Assembly: GCF_006345805.1 (NCBI RefSeq)
Contig: NW_021833045.1
Coordinates: forward strand, 1 to 64,000
Direction of reading: 5' to 3'
Origin: Octopus sinensis
Lineage: Eukaryota
Length of the DNA: 64,000 nucleotides
Under the pieces are notes generated by a model. That model saw nothing but the letters and a program-made list of their open reading frames with translations, was not told the DNA's origin and did not search any database. Positions 15,310 through 27,987 of this stretch are shown piece by piece (position 1 is the stretch's first letter; each line of letters opens with the position of its first letter). The translations under genes and the position numbers were made by a program.

Positions 15310-16035
15310 ATGGGACTGAACAGAATTCGTCTTATCCTGCGTCAGATTGCTGGAGACATGCTAACCAGCCTGGTGTTCACTGTGGAAAAGAAATTTGACA
15401 TCGAACAGGCAGTAAGCCACCAGAATGACCGAGTTTCGGGTGTATCTGGCTCCATCGATGGTAGATTTGCAAATCGACGTCAACATCCACAGTCAGTTAT
15501 GGTGTAGACGGCTGTGGCAGTCACCGGAGAGCTCCCCTCGTTTTTGTGTCCTCAGGTGTTAAAATTAACACCCAGCGATACATTAGCGACATTTTGGAAG
15601 CTGAACTGCTTCCATGGACGAATGAGTATATTCAAGGTGCATTTTGGAGCCTCCTAAAGGACTCTGCACCACCCCACAGCTCCAAACAGACACAACATTG
15701 GATTGTGAAAACCATTCCGCTGTTTATAGGCAAAGAGGTATAACCCTCAACAAGCCCCGATCTCAACCAGTTGCATTTTTCTGTTTGGCCAATTTTGAAG
15801 ATAAGGATCTCGAGCACTGCTCATGCTTCGCTTGACGCTCTGAAGGCAAAACTGTGCCAGGAATGGGCTTTGATTCCGAAAGAGCAGCTGCATGCCGCGT
15901 GTGAAGCATTCGCAACTAAACTGTAACTCAAATAACTGTGGTAGTATCATAATTGTGCTTTCTTTACGAAATATAACGGTGTTTTACTTTGGCAAAAGTG
16001 AAAAAAGTTGGTTGCCATAATTTTGAGACACCTTG
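15310..16035 (+). mobile_element. maT (DD37D, Tc1/mariner superfamily) transposon remnant, 3' half with right TIR
   Basis: Motifs FTVEKKF (FTDEK-like), QSVMV*, GVKINTQRYISDIL, KDSAPPH and *PSTSPDLNQLHFSVW. There are 37 residues between the second catalytic D and the third position (here H, codon CAT). Ends GTTGCCATAATTTTGAGACACCTTG-TA, the reverse complement of a CAGGGTGTC-type TIR plus TA. Confidence 0.85.
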
Positions 16036-16133
16036 TATATATACATACATGTAAATATACATATATATATATATGGTGTGTGTGTAATGTATGTATGTAC
16101 GTATATAGGTACATACATGTATGTATATCTATG

Positions 16134-16225
<92 letters not shown>

Positions 16226-16911
16226 CATTGAATTCAGGATAAAAACTCAGTCGTCAAACAACTTAGGGTGATCGTCGCGACCGACGGAAACTCCAAAACC
16301 ACGAAATATCCAACATCGTTTGACATTTAAAATCGTAACAGTTACATTTATTCATAATATATTCAGGTGATATTTGAGAGAAAATGTATAACATACGAAA
16401 CGAATGTTGTTAAACTTAATCCTAATCTTTATGGCTTTAGAGATTGTATCACATGTTACAGAAACATCCATAGAACGGATTAACGTAATCTTACTCATCT
16501 ACTTTTATATTTTTCTTCATCGCTTATTTCTAGTTTAGGTTTTCTTAATGTTTCATCTATTAGATAAGCTAAGAATATACTTATTTCTTATGGGTTTTTT
16601 TTTCAAACTAATATCTTCTTAAGAATACATTTTCGTTCTAAAATATTCTATCTCGTCACACCGACAAATATAAATTTCTGTATCGAAATAATAAACTAAA
16701 ACCCAAAGTTAGAGGACGCAAGTTTTTTTCTGTTTTTTTTTCTGTTTTTTCTTGTTTTGGGGAGGTTTTTTCCATATGTGGAACAACATTATATTAACGT
16801 AGTTACGCCAACAGAAAATCTCCGTCAAAAATAAAATATTGTTAATATGATGCGTAAAATAACGCTATTTGAGGTAAATTACTATTTAAATATTCATCAA
16901 TAATACTTTGT

Positions 16912-17078
16912 TTGCCAACATAACATGGCAGTCCTGGTTTAGGACGAATTTTGCTGTAATTTAGTCCCAGTAATTTAGTTCACAGATCGTGTCGTATAGC
17001 CAGCTGGAGACGATGTCTCCTGGGGCTAAATTACTGCAATATTAGTCCTAAACCAGGACTGCCATGTTATGTTGGCAA
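16912..17078. mobile_element. 167-bp hairpin MITE
   Basis: Perfect 34-bp inverted repeats TTGCCAACATAACATGGCAGTCCTGGTTTAGGAC (16912-16945 / 17045-17078), extending about 25 bp further inward imperfectly. Confidence 0.8.
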
Positions 17079-17457
17079 GCAAGCTTTACTACATCATTTG
17101 AGGTGTTGAAACTCTTATTTAACCCTTATCTCAGCAGACACGTGATCAAAGGCATGCCAGCAATGACCATCCTGTATTTTCTAGCATGTCCAGTGACCAC
17201 AAAGAAAGGGTGGGGAATAAAAGTGTGTCGTTCATACTACTTTGGAAAGTGCTATGACATGGGTATACACGTCTGGTGTAAAATGTTATTACACAAATAA
17301 ATAGTTCTTTGTGGTTATCTAAAAATAACCGATCGCAGAAATGTATGTTAACACAGAACACACACTATACTACGCAAACATAGAGACGATACTCAGTACT
17401 CACTGCTCAACTACCGACTGTTAAACCACCACACGTTGAGCTAACACCGTCAACTAC

Positions 17458-17839
17458 TTTCTTTGTTTGAGCACTCCGGCTCATATACAGAGGGGGAGCA
17501 CACAAGGACAGACATAACACCACAGTGGGGACGAAAAACACAAAACGAGCAAATGAAGGATGAATTATAATGGAGGTGAAATGGGTGTCTGCTTCCCACT
17601 CACAAGCAGTATCAGTTTAAATGTTTTAGTTAAACGGTATTTTCTTTTTTCTCTTTTTTTACCTTTTTGTATCAGTTTTACAGTCATTAAAATTCCAAAC
17701 ATTTACTTACTTTTTTTTTTCACCATTTCATGTAAGGTATAAGGTCCTCGTAATCTACAACTGGCGGGAAGTCATCGAACTCCATTCACACTCCTCCTGG
17801 GTCTATCTTTCTCAGTCTTGCACATCTCTCTCTCTCTCT

Positions 17840-17908
<69 letters not shown>

Positions 17909-19205
17909 AATTACAATTGCGTTGGTATTCTCTGGATAATATTCCTCTGAAAGCTTTATTCTTATCACTGACTTCATTTTGGTTATTCTCTTTTCAATTT
18001 CCGTGTCTTTCAAATATGTGACCATATTCTATTTCTTTTTTTATTCTTTTTTTTTACTTGTTCCTGTATTTCCTCTTGATTTTCCACGTTGTTTTCCTTT
18101 GCTGATGTTGTTGGAATCTCCTGTTGTGTCTCTTCCTGTTTATTTTCCTTCCTTTTCTTTAGTGGACGCTTTGGCGGTGAGTCCACGTTTTCCTTCCATT
18201 TCTTTTTTCTATTTACTAGTGTATTCCTCTTCCACCTTCTCTGGACATTTTTCACTCACTGGGGTTGACACTTCGGCATTTTGCTCCTGCTCGTCACACT
18301 GTTGCTGCTATACCTGTTCACCTTTCTCGTCATTCTGGGGACACCTCGCTTTCATGTGTCTCCTTACTCCACACTGGTAGCAGGTCGGAGGTCTTCCCTC
18401 CACCACTACTCTTAATCTCACTTCCGCTATCTTGTGCAAGTCCTGCAAACTGACCTGGACCGCCGCCTCGAGGCCGTATCCCCAACAGTTTACTTCTTTC
18501 GCTCTCGTTATTTTTAAAACTGTCGCTTTCCCCTCCATATTTTACATAATGGATGCCACCAGCCACGCCTCCTCAATCTCCGGTAGTACTCTGCCTATCC
18601 TTACCCTGGCCTCTCGTTTGCCATAGCAAGTCGACAGAAGCACCTACTCCGGCGTCCCCAGCGTCACAGCGGAGCGGCCCATTGAATCCGGTTCGCTCAC
18701 GAACCCCACCTCCATTGTGCCGCACTCCCTCCTCTGGTAAAGAATGCTGTGAGGCCCTTCACCTCCTTCAAACACTCCTCCATAGCCTCCACCGCGGCTA
18801 CTTCAATTCCGTTTGCTGCCGTAGACAGCGCTCCACACACCACTGTCCCCCTCGTCACACCAGCCGTCAACTCCTGTAGCGGGGCCAACCGCAAACTGGC
18901 TCCCTCCCCGTCAGTCTGTCAAAATCCTCAAGCTTCCGCCTCTCCATCCTCCCCTCTCGAACCTGCAACACGAGCTGCTGGCCGGGACCGGTTCGCCTTC
19001 CATCCCTACCCCTCCCACCACGTCACCCATAAATGGGGAAGAAAACAATTACAAATTCACAGGCAACAAAAACAGCCACCAACAATTCAACGATTTAACA
19101 ATGAGTTTAAACAATAGGTTCACCCCTACGGGATACCTTCAACAAACAATCAACAATGCAACTCACGTCTAACAGGGATCAAAAATGATTAATTCGAACA
19201 GAAAA
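17458..19205 (-). mobile_element. Non-autonomous ORF1-only (HAL1-like) non-LTR retroelement with 16-bp TSD
   Basis: Exact direct repeat TAACACCGTCAACTAC at 17442-17457 and 19206-19221. Decayed Gag-like ORF with a CX2CX4HX4C knuckle (VVVEGRPPTCYQCGVRRHMKARC, about 18341-18400). No endonuclease/RT sequence seen. 3' end resembles the LINE/SINE tail. Confidence 0.8.
17712..19010 (-). pseudogene. Decayed ORF1p / Gag-like nucleic-acid-binding protein
   Basis: Stitched frame VLLSTCYGKREARVRIGRVLPEIEEAWLVASIM*NMEGKATVLKITRAKEVNCWGYGLEAAVQV...CYQCGVRRHMKARC, then a charged low-complexity tail with several in-frame stops; includes an (AG)n tract at about 17824-17905. Confidence 0.7.
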
Positions 19206-19539
19206 TAACACCGTCAACTACATTCATCTGACAGTTCACTCAATTCTTATTTATTGCAATCGGTTATTCCACCTTCAGTCACGTGGGGGTGTTCAGGATT
19301 CTCCCATAACAGAAAGTTATGATGTAATGCTTTCCTCTCGGAACCATAACAAATCAAACATGGCTGGTGTTACACAGATTGTTGTGATTGCGTAAGGTCT
19401 GAGTAAAAATTAATATTTTACCCGGTGTCGTTGACGTTGGATTTTTGTCGTTCGTTATATGACCTAAGGTTTCTGCAATAACTTATCTTATAGATAATAA
19501 ATAATATAAAATATGTATATATGCATGCATATATAGGTA

Positions 19540-20585
19540 CAGGACGTTACCAACGGTGCAAATAACATTAAATATGTAAACAAACGAGTTAAATATGCAA
19601 ACAATGAGAAAAAATGTAAACAGGACAAGTAAACATAGAGAAAGGAACATTCATCAGTTGTCGGCTGTCTATTTACTCCTCATTTCGAGCATTCAACAAT
19701 ATGAGTCTTGAAAGACAGCTGCTCCCATAGATTCTAAAATAAAATTTAGAATTTATGGAGAGTCAAAGTTCGGAACAAAAATATGACACTTGAGACATAC
19801 AAGGAAACCGAACGAAAATAAACATTCAGGTTCGTGAGACCAGAGCGAGAGGGAAACAGTGAATGCTGGGAGAAGCATTTTTTGAAATGAGAAAAGATAG
19901 AAGAGGAAGAGAACGTCCGTGAAGAAAAAGAAAGATAGTCACATGAGGAAAAGAAAGATGGATCGATGGTCACGTGTGAGCAACGAGGGAGAGAGAGAGG
20001 AAAGAAAAAGAAGGGGAGAGAGGGAGAGAAAGACAGATTGAAAACGGCGAAGGAGGGAGTTGGGAGAAAAAGGGAATTAGAGAAGGACGGATGAAGAAAA
20101 CAGTATAGAGAGCTGCATCAAAAAGATGAAGATAAACTTACTTGGAAATGGAAACGTCGTGTTCAATTTAATAATAGATTTTTAAAAAATAATGCATATA
20201 TGGATACAGGACGTCACCAACGGTGCAAATGACATGAAATACCTAAACAAACGAGAGAAAATGGGAAGCAGGAAAAGTGAACACAGAGAAAGAGCCCTTC
20301 ATTAGTTGTTGAGTGTTTATCTACTTCTCATTTCAAGCATTCAATGACAATATGAGTCTTAAAAGACTCCAAACTTGCTTTTGTTCCCGACTTTGACCTT
20401 CCAAAATCCTAAGTTTTATTTTAGAATTTATGGGAGTAACTGTCATTGAAGACTCATACTGCTCGAAATGAGGAGTAGATAGACAGCCGACAACTGCTAA
20501 AGGGTTCTTTCTCTGTGTTTACTTGTCCTGTTTTCCGTTTTTCTCATTGTTTACGTATTTAACTCGTTTGTTACATTACATCATA
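19540..20585. repeat. Unclassified dispersed repeat in direct and inverted arrangement
   Basis: Segment X (ACAGGACGT.ACCAACGGTGC...AATATGAGTCTT) at about 19545-19715 and 20205-20365; an inverted X+Y copy at about 20380-20580. Confidence 0.75.
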
Positions 20586-20726
20586 GTAAAAAAACCATAT
20601 TCATCAGATGATCCATATAATTTCAAAACTTTAGAAGAATCTATGAGCACGATGAGAATATGTCTGTGCGCCAGCCGAAGCTAGCCTTGAATGGAAGAAA
20701 GCAGAACCATTGTGTGTGTTGTGTGT

Positions 20727-20767
<41 letters not shown>

Positions 20768-21009
20768 AAGTGTACTAGGAATATAGTAAGTGGGGATGAG
20801 GTGAGATATAGTAAGTGGGGATGAGGTGAGTTAGGTGTGGTGAGGTTTATAGCCACCAACCTAGCTAGTGGCCGGTCGGGATATTAGTTGAAGACAATTA
20901 AATGGTTCGTTATCAACGACTACAGATGAAGTTTAGGTAATAGTCTATGACTTCTCTAATTCACTTCAAGTTATTCGTGATAAAGCGAATATCCGTAAAA
21001 CACAAGAAA

Positions 21010-21015
21010 TACATA

Positions 21016-21076
<61 letters not shown>

Positions 21077-21174
21077 GTATGTAGTATGTATGTATGTATG
21101 TATATATATATACAGATATACAGTTATAAATATATATTTATATTTTTATGTGTGCATGTATGTATATATATATA

Positions 21175-21218
<44 letters not shown>

Positions 21219-21220
21219 AT

Positions 21221-21255
<35 letters not shown>

Positions 21256-21256
21256 T

Positions 21257-21302
<46 letters not shown>

Positions 21303-21679
21303 GATCAGTGAAAACTAGATGTCCAATTTAAACTTATATCCGATACGGTAAAGAGTAAATTGCAGAGTTAACACCGAATTAAATTGCCTTTATACATATA
21401 CATATGCATATACATATATAAATTATGTATGCATGTACTTATATATATATATGTGTGTGTGTGTGTGTATACATATATATATATATGTATGTATGTATGT
21501 ATATGTATATAAATATATATATGTGTGTGTGTGTGTGTGCGTGTGTGTGATTGGTGGGGATGGAGACTCAGATAGGCACTTCAATTCCCTGTCTATCGTT
21601 TAAATAAGCACATACTCTCATTCAATTGGTTGTTAATAATATTACCATCTTTATTTTATCATTATTATCATCATCATCA

Positions 21680-21714
<35 letters not shown>

Positions 21715-21723
21715 GTTCTTATA

Positions 21724-21756
<33 letters not shown>

Positions 21757-22204
21757 ATTATTATTATTATTATTATTGTCATTATTATCATCATCATCAT
21801 CATCATCATTATCGTTATCATCATTAGCATCATCATCGTTACTTTTTATGTGTGTAACCCCGCTAAAAGCAAGTGTTGTAATCAATATATACGAATTGAA
21901 TTGAAAACGAGTAAAGATATAATTTGATTTTAACGACAAAAATTAATTCATTATTCGAATTAACAAGTTGATGACATTTGTTGAAGAGATTTTAACGAGG
22001 TGTCTTCATTTATAACGTTGTCACATGTTTTTTTAATGACGACCATTAATATGGAACATTAGTTTCGGGTGTAATTTTGGGGATAAGTTAATATGTTCGT
22101 ATTGGTTTTTGTAAAGGGTATTAAGGTTATCGTTAACCTCCTTCTCCTCCTCTCCTTCCTCATCATCATCATCATCATCATTATTATTATCATTATTATT
22201 ATTA

Positions 22205-22260
<56 letters not shown>

Positions 22261-22272
22261 TATTATTATTAA

Positions 22273-22328
<56 letters not shown>

Positions 22329-22733
22329 TTATTATCATTATCATTATTATTATTAATATTATTATTAACATTATTACATGATCTTTCCGCTAGAAAAGTA
22401 TTACTATTACTATTACTATTAACATTATCATTGCTATTATTATTGCCACCACAAACACTAGTGTTGTTATCAGTTTTATTTTGTAAGGAATTATAATATT
22501 AAAAATTCATATCTTTATCATTATGTTACAAATTTATTAATATTTTTATTATTGCTATTATTCTTATCATTATTGCTCTTGTTATCCACATTATCATTAT
22601 CGTTGTACGTATTTTTGCTATTATTATCATTTGTTATCCATTATCATTATTATTATAAATATCATTATCATTATTATTATCATTATCATCATCATCATCA
22701 TAATCATCTTCATCATCATTATTCTTATTATTA

Positions 22734-22798
<65 letters not shown>

Positions 22799-22811
22799 AA
22801 TAATAATAATA

Positions 22812-22873
<62 letters not shown>

Positions 22874-22954
22874 GCTACGAATTTATCCCTATTACTGTTT
22901 TTGTTACAATTATTGTTGCTGTTATTACGGTTATGCATATTATTGTTATTATTA

Positions 22955-23004
<50 letters not shown>

Positions 23005-23569
23005 GTAAGGAATTATAATTTTTGTTTTTATTATTATTTACACTAGAAATATTATTTTTATTGTTATTGCTGCTGCTACTGCTGCTACTGCTGCTGCTGC
23101 TGTTGTATTTGCTTTTCACTAAGTGCTTTTCTCATTTACAAATTCTATAAAAGCAAATATAATTCGTTTGTTTTTTTATTTCGATATACAATTTTTTTCG
23201 TTTTTATTTTAGATCATATTTTATTTTATCATTTAGTAAAGAGTCTTTGAGAAAAAAATATTTCGAGGCGTAATCATGCGTATCTTTTAGAAATATGATA
23301 CTCCTGTATCGCAGACATAACAAATAGAATCATAGTTTTCAATGAATTTTGCTTTTTATTTATTTATTTATTTATTTTAATTTTCCAAATGATGCCAAAA
23401 AACATTTTAGTTTTTATTTTAAATCTCAGATTCATACAGGAATATATACATATAAACGTGTGTATGTAAGCATGCATGTAATATTCAGAGAGATAGAGAG
23501 AGAGACATACATACATGAAAATATACATACACACATACATTTATAATACATACATATATGTATATATAT

Positions 23570-23620
<51 letters not shown>

Positions 23621-23670
23621 ATACACATAATATATGTATATATATATAGATGTATAAGATTATACATATA

Positions 23671-23714
<44 letters not shown>

Positions 23715-23827
23715 CATACCTATATATTCTATATATATATATATATATATATACATATATACGTATATGTATATCAATATACATATATATATGTATATTT
23801 GTAAACATATAAGTATATATATATATA

Positions 23828-23902
<75 letters not shown>

Positions 23903-23934
23903 GTGTGTGTGTGTGTATAGACATGTATATAGAT

Positions 23935-23973
<39 letters not shown>

Positions 23974-23986
23974 CATACCTATATAT

Positions 23987-24028
<42 letters not shown>

Positions 24029-24178
24029 ATAGATATACATATACGTATATGTTTATATATATATACCATTACATCATCATAAAATCAATAAAGTTTAATT
24101 TGGCGCCGAAACACTGAAATCCTTTGAATGCGAATATGTATTTTATCAAAAAGAGTAAATATAAAATTGTATAACAGG

Positions 24179-24237
<59 letters not shown>

Positions 24238-24241
24238 TATT

Positions 24242-24274
<33 letters not shown>

Positions 24275-24290
24275 ATTATTATTATTATCA
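21010..24290. repeat. SSR-rich field: (TA)n, (TTA)n, (CAT)n
   Basis: Direct inspection. Confidence 0.85.
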
Positions 24291-25099
24291 GGAAGATCAA
24301 TTGAAACAGTAATCCGATCTGTAACGCTAGGGACACTGATGTAGGTTTTTTGGACAGAAGGTTGGGTAAAGACCGGAGAATATTAGTAAGTTATATCAGT
24401 TCAATATGAATATATCCAGTATACACCTGAGACCATACTGTTTGTCTAAAACGTCCGACATACACACACACATACACACACACACACATACACACACACA
24501 CACAAACACACACTCAGTCACACGCACAAACATACACACACATACACAAATATATATATATATTCATATGACAGTGAAAAGAGATTTGAAACGCTTTTAA
24601 ACAAATAATGTTTTTTAAACAACAATCAAACAAACACACCCACCCACACACACAACTGGTTTTCTAGTCAATGCGAAATTCATCGATGAGGAACGACAAT
24701 TTTGTTGAAAGTAGAACGTAATGTTGTTGATATTGTTGTTGGTGGTGGTGGTGATTTTGCTGTTATTTAGCCCCAGGTTTTCTTTGAATAAGTGAGTACA
24801 TATATAATCAAAAGGAATCCAGCTGTGACCACCCTGTTTACATTTTGCTGATGGCAATAATCTTTATATCAAGGATTACGTTATGCTATCAATTCTTCAT
24901 TTAAAATTAAAATAGTGTGATTTGAGGGTAATTATTTGGCTGTTATTTCTAGAATGTCGAGATACTGCATAAAGGATCTCGCTCCTTTGTTACTTATTGT
25001 AGAACGCTAGTTGTTGTTGCTCTTGCTATCGTCGTTGTCGTTTATGTTGTTTAACCCCAGGCCAAGCTTTATCAAGCTAGTCATTGACTAGAAGCCTTT

Positions 25100-25510
25100 C
25101 TTATTTCTTATTTTTTTTAGTACCCTCAGAGGGCTAAACAGAGAGGAGACAAAGAAGGACAGGCAAAGGAATTCAGTCGATTACATCGACTCCAGTGCAT
25201 AACTGGTACTTAATTTATCGACCCCGAAAGGATGAAAGGCAAAGTCGACCTCGGCAGAATTTGAACTCAGAGCGTAAAGTCAGGCGAAATACCTATTTCT
25301 TTACTACCCACAAGGGGCTAAACACAGAGGGGACAACGGATTAAGTCGATTACATCGACCCCAGTGCGTAACTGGTACTTAATTTAACGACTCCGAAAAG
25401 ATGAAAGGCAAAGTCGACCTCGGCGGAATTTGAACTCAGAATGTAGCGGCAGACGAAATACCGCTGAGTATTTCGCCCGGCGTGCTAACGTTTCTATCAG
25501 CTCACCGCCT
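25100..25510 (-). mobile_element. tRNA-derived SINE family B, concatemer
   Basis: Head GGCGGTGAGCTG..AGAAACGTTAGCACGCCGGGCGAAAT, B-box-like GAGTTCAAATTCCGCC, core GCCTTTCATCCTTTCGG(A/G)GTCG, followed by a second partial unit. Confidence 0.9.
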
Positions 25511-25884
25511 TTCTTATCGTCTACAAGCCTTTCTTATCGTCTTTATTCAGATACTCTGCATTTAAGTTATTATTTTCCATTGTAGTACTCTTGGGGTTGT
25601 AAAGATATTTCCTTGTAAAGATATTTCCTCGACTGTTAGCGTGATTCAAAAGTTAAATGTTTTGGATGATTTTTTTGTTTGTCGTTATTATTGTTCATTG
25701 AGATAATGATGTTGCTGTTGTTTAGTCGTTAGTCTGTTCTCACTGACCAGACATAAGATAAAAACACGTGCAAGCCATAATTAATAATCCACCATGCAGA
25801 GCCTCTATCTAAGGAACATGTATCTGACCAACAAAGATGCTAAATAGTTCTTTTCCATAACTAGTATACAGTGGTTTACATTAC

Positions 25885-26300
25885 TGTATTTTGAAATGAT
25901 AGAATGAAATTCAATATAAAAAAAATCTGACGAAGATATATATGTCTAAAATAGTATTGTATTAAAAATATATATAAATATATGAAACATGACAGCTTAA
26001 AAATTTGTTAATTAATGCATCTTACGATCGTTTCACGAAAGTATTGTTATTATAATGGAATCCATTGTTGATACACATTGATTGACAATACTTCCGCTCG
26101 TCAGAGATGGAGAAGATAAAGTTTTTATAATACATCGAATGTTGTTTTAAAATTAGAAAAATATATGAGAAAATCTTTTTGAAAATAGATTAAAATTTAC
26201 TGGTTTAGATTTATGCAGGTCGACTTTGGTAAATTTTAAATTTTAAAGTTTGCATTTATATCCTTCGTAAGTTCATCTCAGTAATCCACAACTGGTTTAC
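25885..26300 (+). repeat. ~400-bp unclassified repeat, copy 1
   Basis: Colinear and highly similar to 56590-56965 (e.g. GACAATACTTCCGCTCGTCAGAGATGGAGAAGATAAAG). Confidence 0.85.
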
Positions 26301-26734
26301 ATTATACAAAGCCACGTTTTCTAAAGCATTATAATGTGGTTTAGATCAGATTTGACTTCACTTTCTAGCATATACTCTTACTCTATTTCCTTGGTAAAAT
26401 TTCCACATTCACTTACTGAGTGCAAAAGAGAAAAAAACAAAATTATTTAACATTCAGCTAAGAGAATTCTGGGTGAGGATGTGCTTCAGGCCATTTCACG
26501 AATGAGTAAATTATTAAATGAAAACAATTTTGAAAACATTCTGCGCCGCTATATTCCTACCATTTCTATGTCCAAGTTACCAACACCCAACCAAATTAAG
26601 GTAACTCTCGTTTTGTTTTAATTTGTTTGCTTGATTGATTGTATGTACTTGAGTGCCCGCGCAAGCATAAGAAAATAATATTCTAAAATATTGGCGGAAA
26701 TATACTCTTTTCTTATGCTTTTTATTTACTCTTT

Positions 26735-26942
26735 TAATCTTTTACTTGTTTCAGTCATTTGACTGTGGCCATGCTGGAGCACCGCCTTTAGTCGAGCAAA
26801 TCGACACCAGGACTTATTCTTTGTAAGCCAAGTACTTATTCTATCGGTGTCTTTTGCCGAACCACTAGGTTACGGGGACGTAAACACACCAGCATCGGTT
26901 GTCCAGCGATGTTGGGGGACAAATACAGACTGACAAACATAT

Positions 26943-26973
<31 letters not shown>

Positions 26974-27015
26974 CATATATACGACGGGCTTCTTTCAGAA
27001 TCCGTCTACCAAATC
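26735..27015 (-). mobile_element. SINE family A, 5'-truncated
   Basis: Matches the 3' about 280 bp of family A. Confidence 0.85.
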
Positions 27016-27550
27016 TACAATACAACTTCATTCAGACATATTATGATAGTATAAAATAGTATAAAATATTTTCGAATTCTCATTGCATATAGTGAAGTTG
27101 AACCCGTGTCCTAATGTAATCCTTTTTTAGGTACCTATAGTGTTTATGAAAGAGAAACAGTAATGGAGGATGCAAGCACGCTGGAGATCTGTGATTAACA
27201 ACAGTTATCGTCTCAACTAGACCCTCCATGTGACCGCACAAATACACAAAATCCTACGGAGGCGGTGGTATTGCATCGCTGCAAACGTGCGTGACATTTT
27301 GACCACAAACACAAGTGCCAGGTATAAAAGGTTTGTTGTTAGCCCATGATTTTAAGACATGGGCGGTTAACAGTGGCCTTTTCTGATGACTTAAGTGCTG
27401 CCTTCTTAGAGAAGCAGCAGAATGCTTCAGTTCAAGTCATGATAATGGAATATATTATTGTTGATTTCATTTTATTTCAAAGTTTACTTCTTCAACTAAC
27501 TGCAAACTTTAAAAACTCTCTTTCCTATTTATTTACATTTATAATTAATG

Positions 27551-27737
27551 GTTTAAAGTAATTACAATTATTTATAAAATTGTTTATAAAATATTGAAAT
27601 ACCCAAGAAATTCTCAAAATTTCCATCCGTTAATTACTGTAGGGTTTAAAGTAATTACAATTGTTTATAAAATTGTTTATAAAATATTGAAATACCCAAG
27701 AAATTCTCAAAATTTCCATCTGTTAATTACTGTAGGG
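27551..27737 (+). repeat. 93-bp tandem duplication
   Basis: GTTTAAAGTAATTACAATT...TTAATTACTGTAGG repeated at 27551 and 27644. Confidence 0.9.
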
Positions 27738-27987
27738 TGATTATTCTGAAATTTACATTTTATTAAAGTGTTTTTATGATTAATTATATTTTATAAAACA
27801 ATCGGTTTAAGCGCAAAAACTGTTTACTGTAAACTTGACAGATAACCATTAACTTCAATGGCGCCTTCCTGCGTTAAAAATATTCACCTCCTCTCATCTA
27901 AGGAACATGCCTTGAGCTGTCACCATGCTTATAAAAACCAGTCACATTTCCTGTTGTGTTTAATATGTAGTATTTTACAATTTATCA

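Noticed and set aside
19640-19715. Hammerhead in the X repeat (CTGATGA and CGAAA both present on the minus strand)
   Set aside because: The required stems I and III cannot be formed in any topology I tried.
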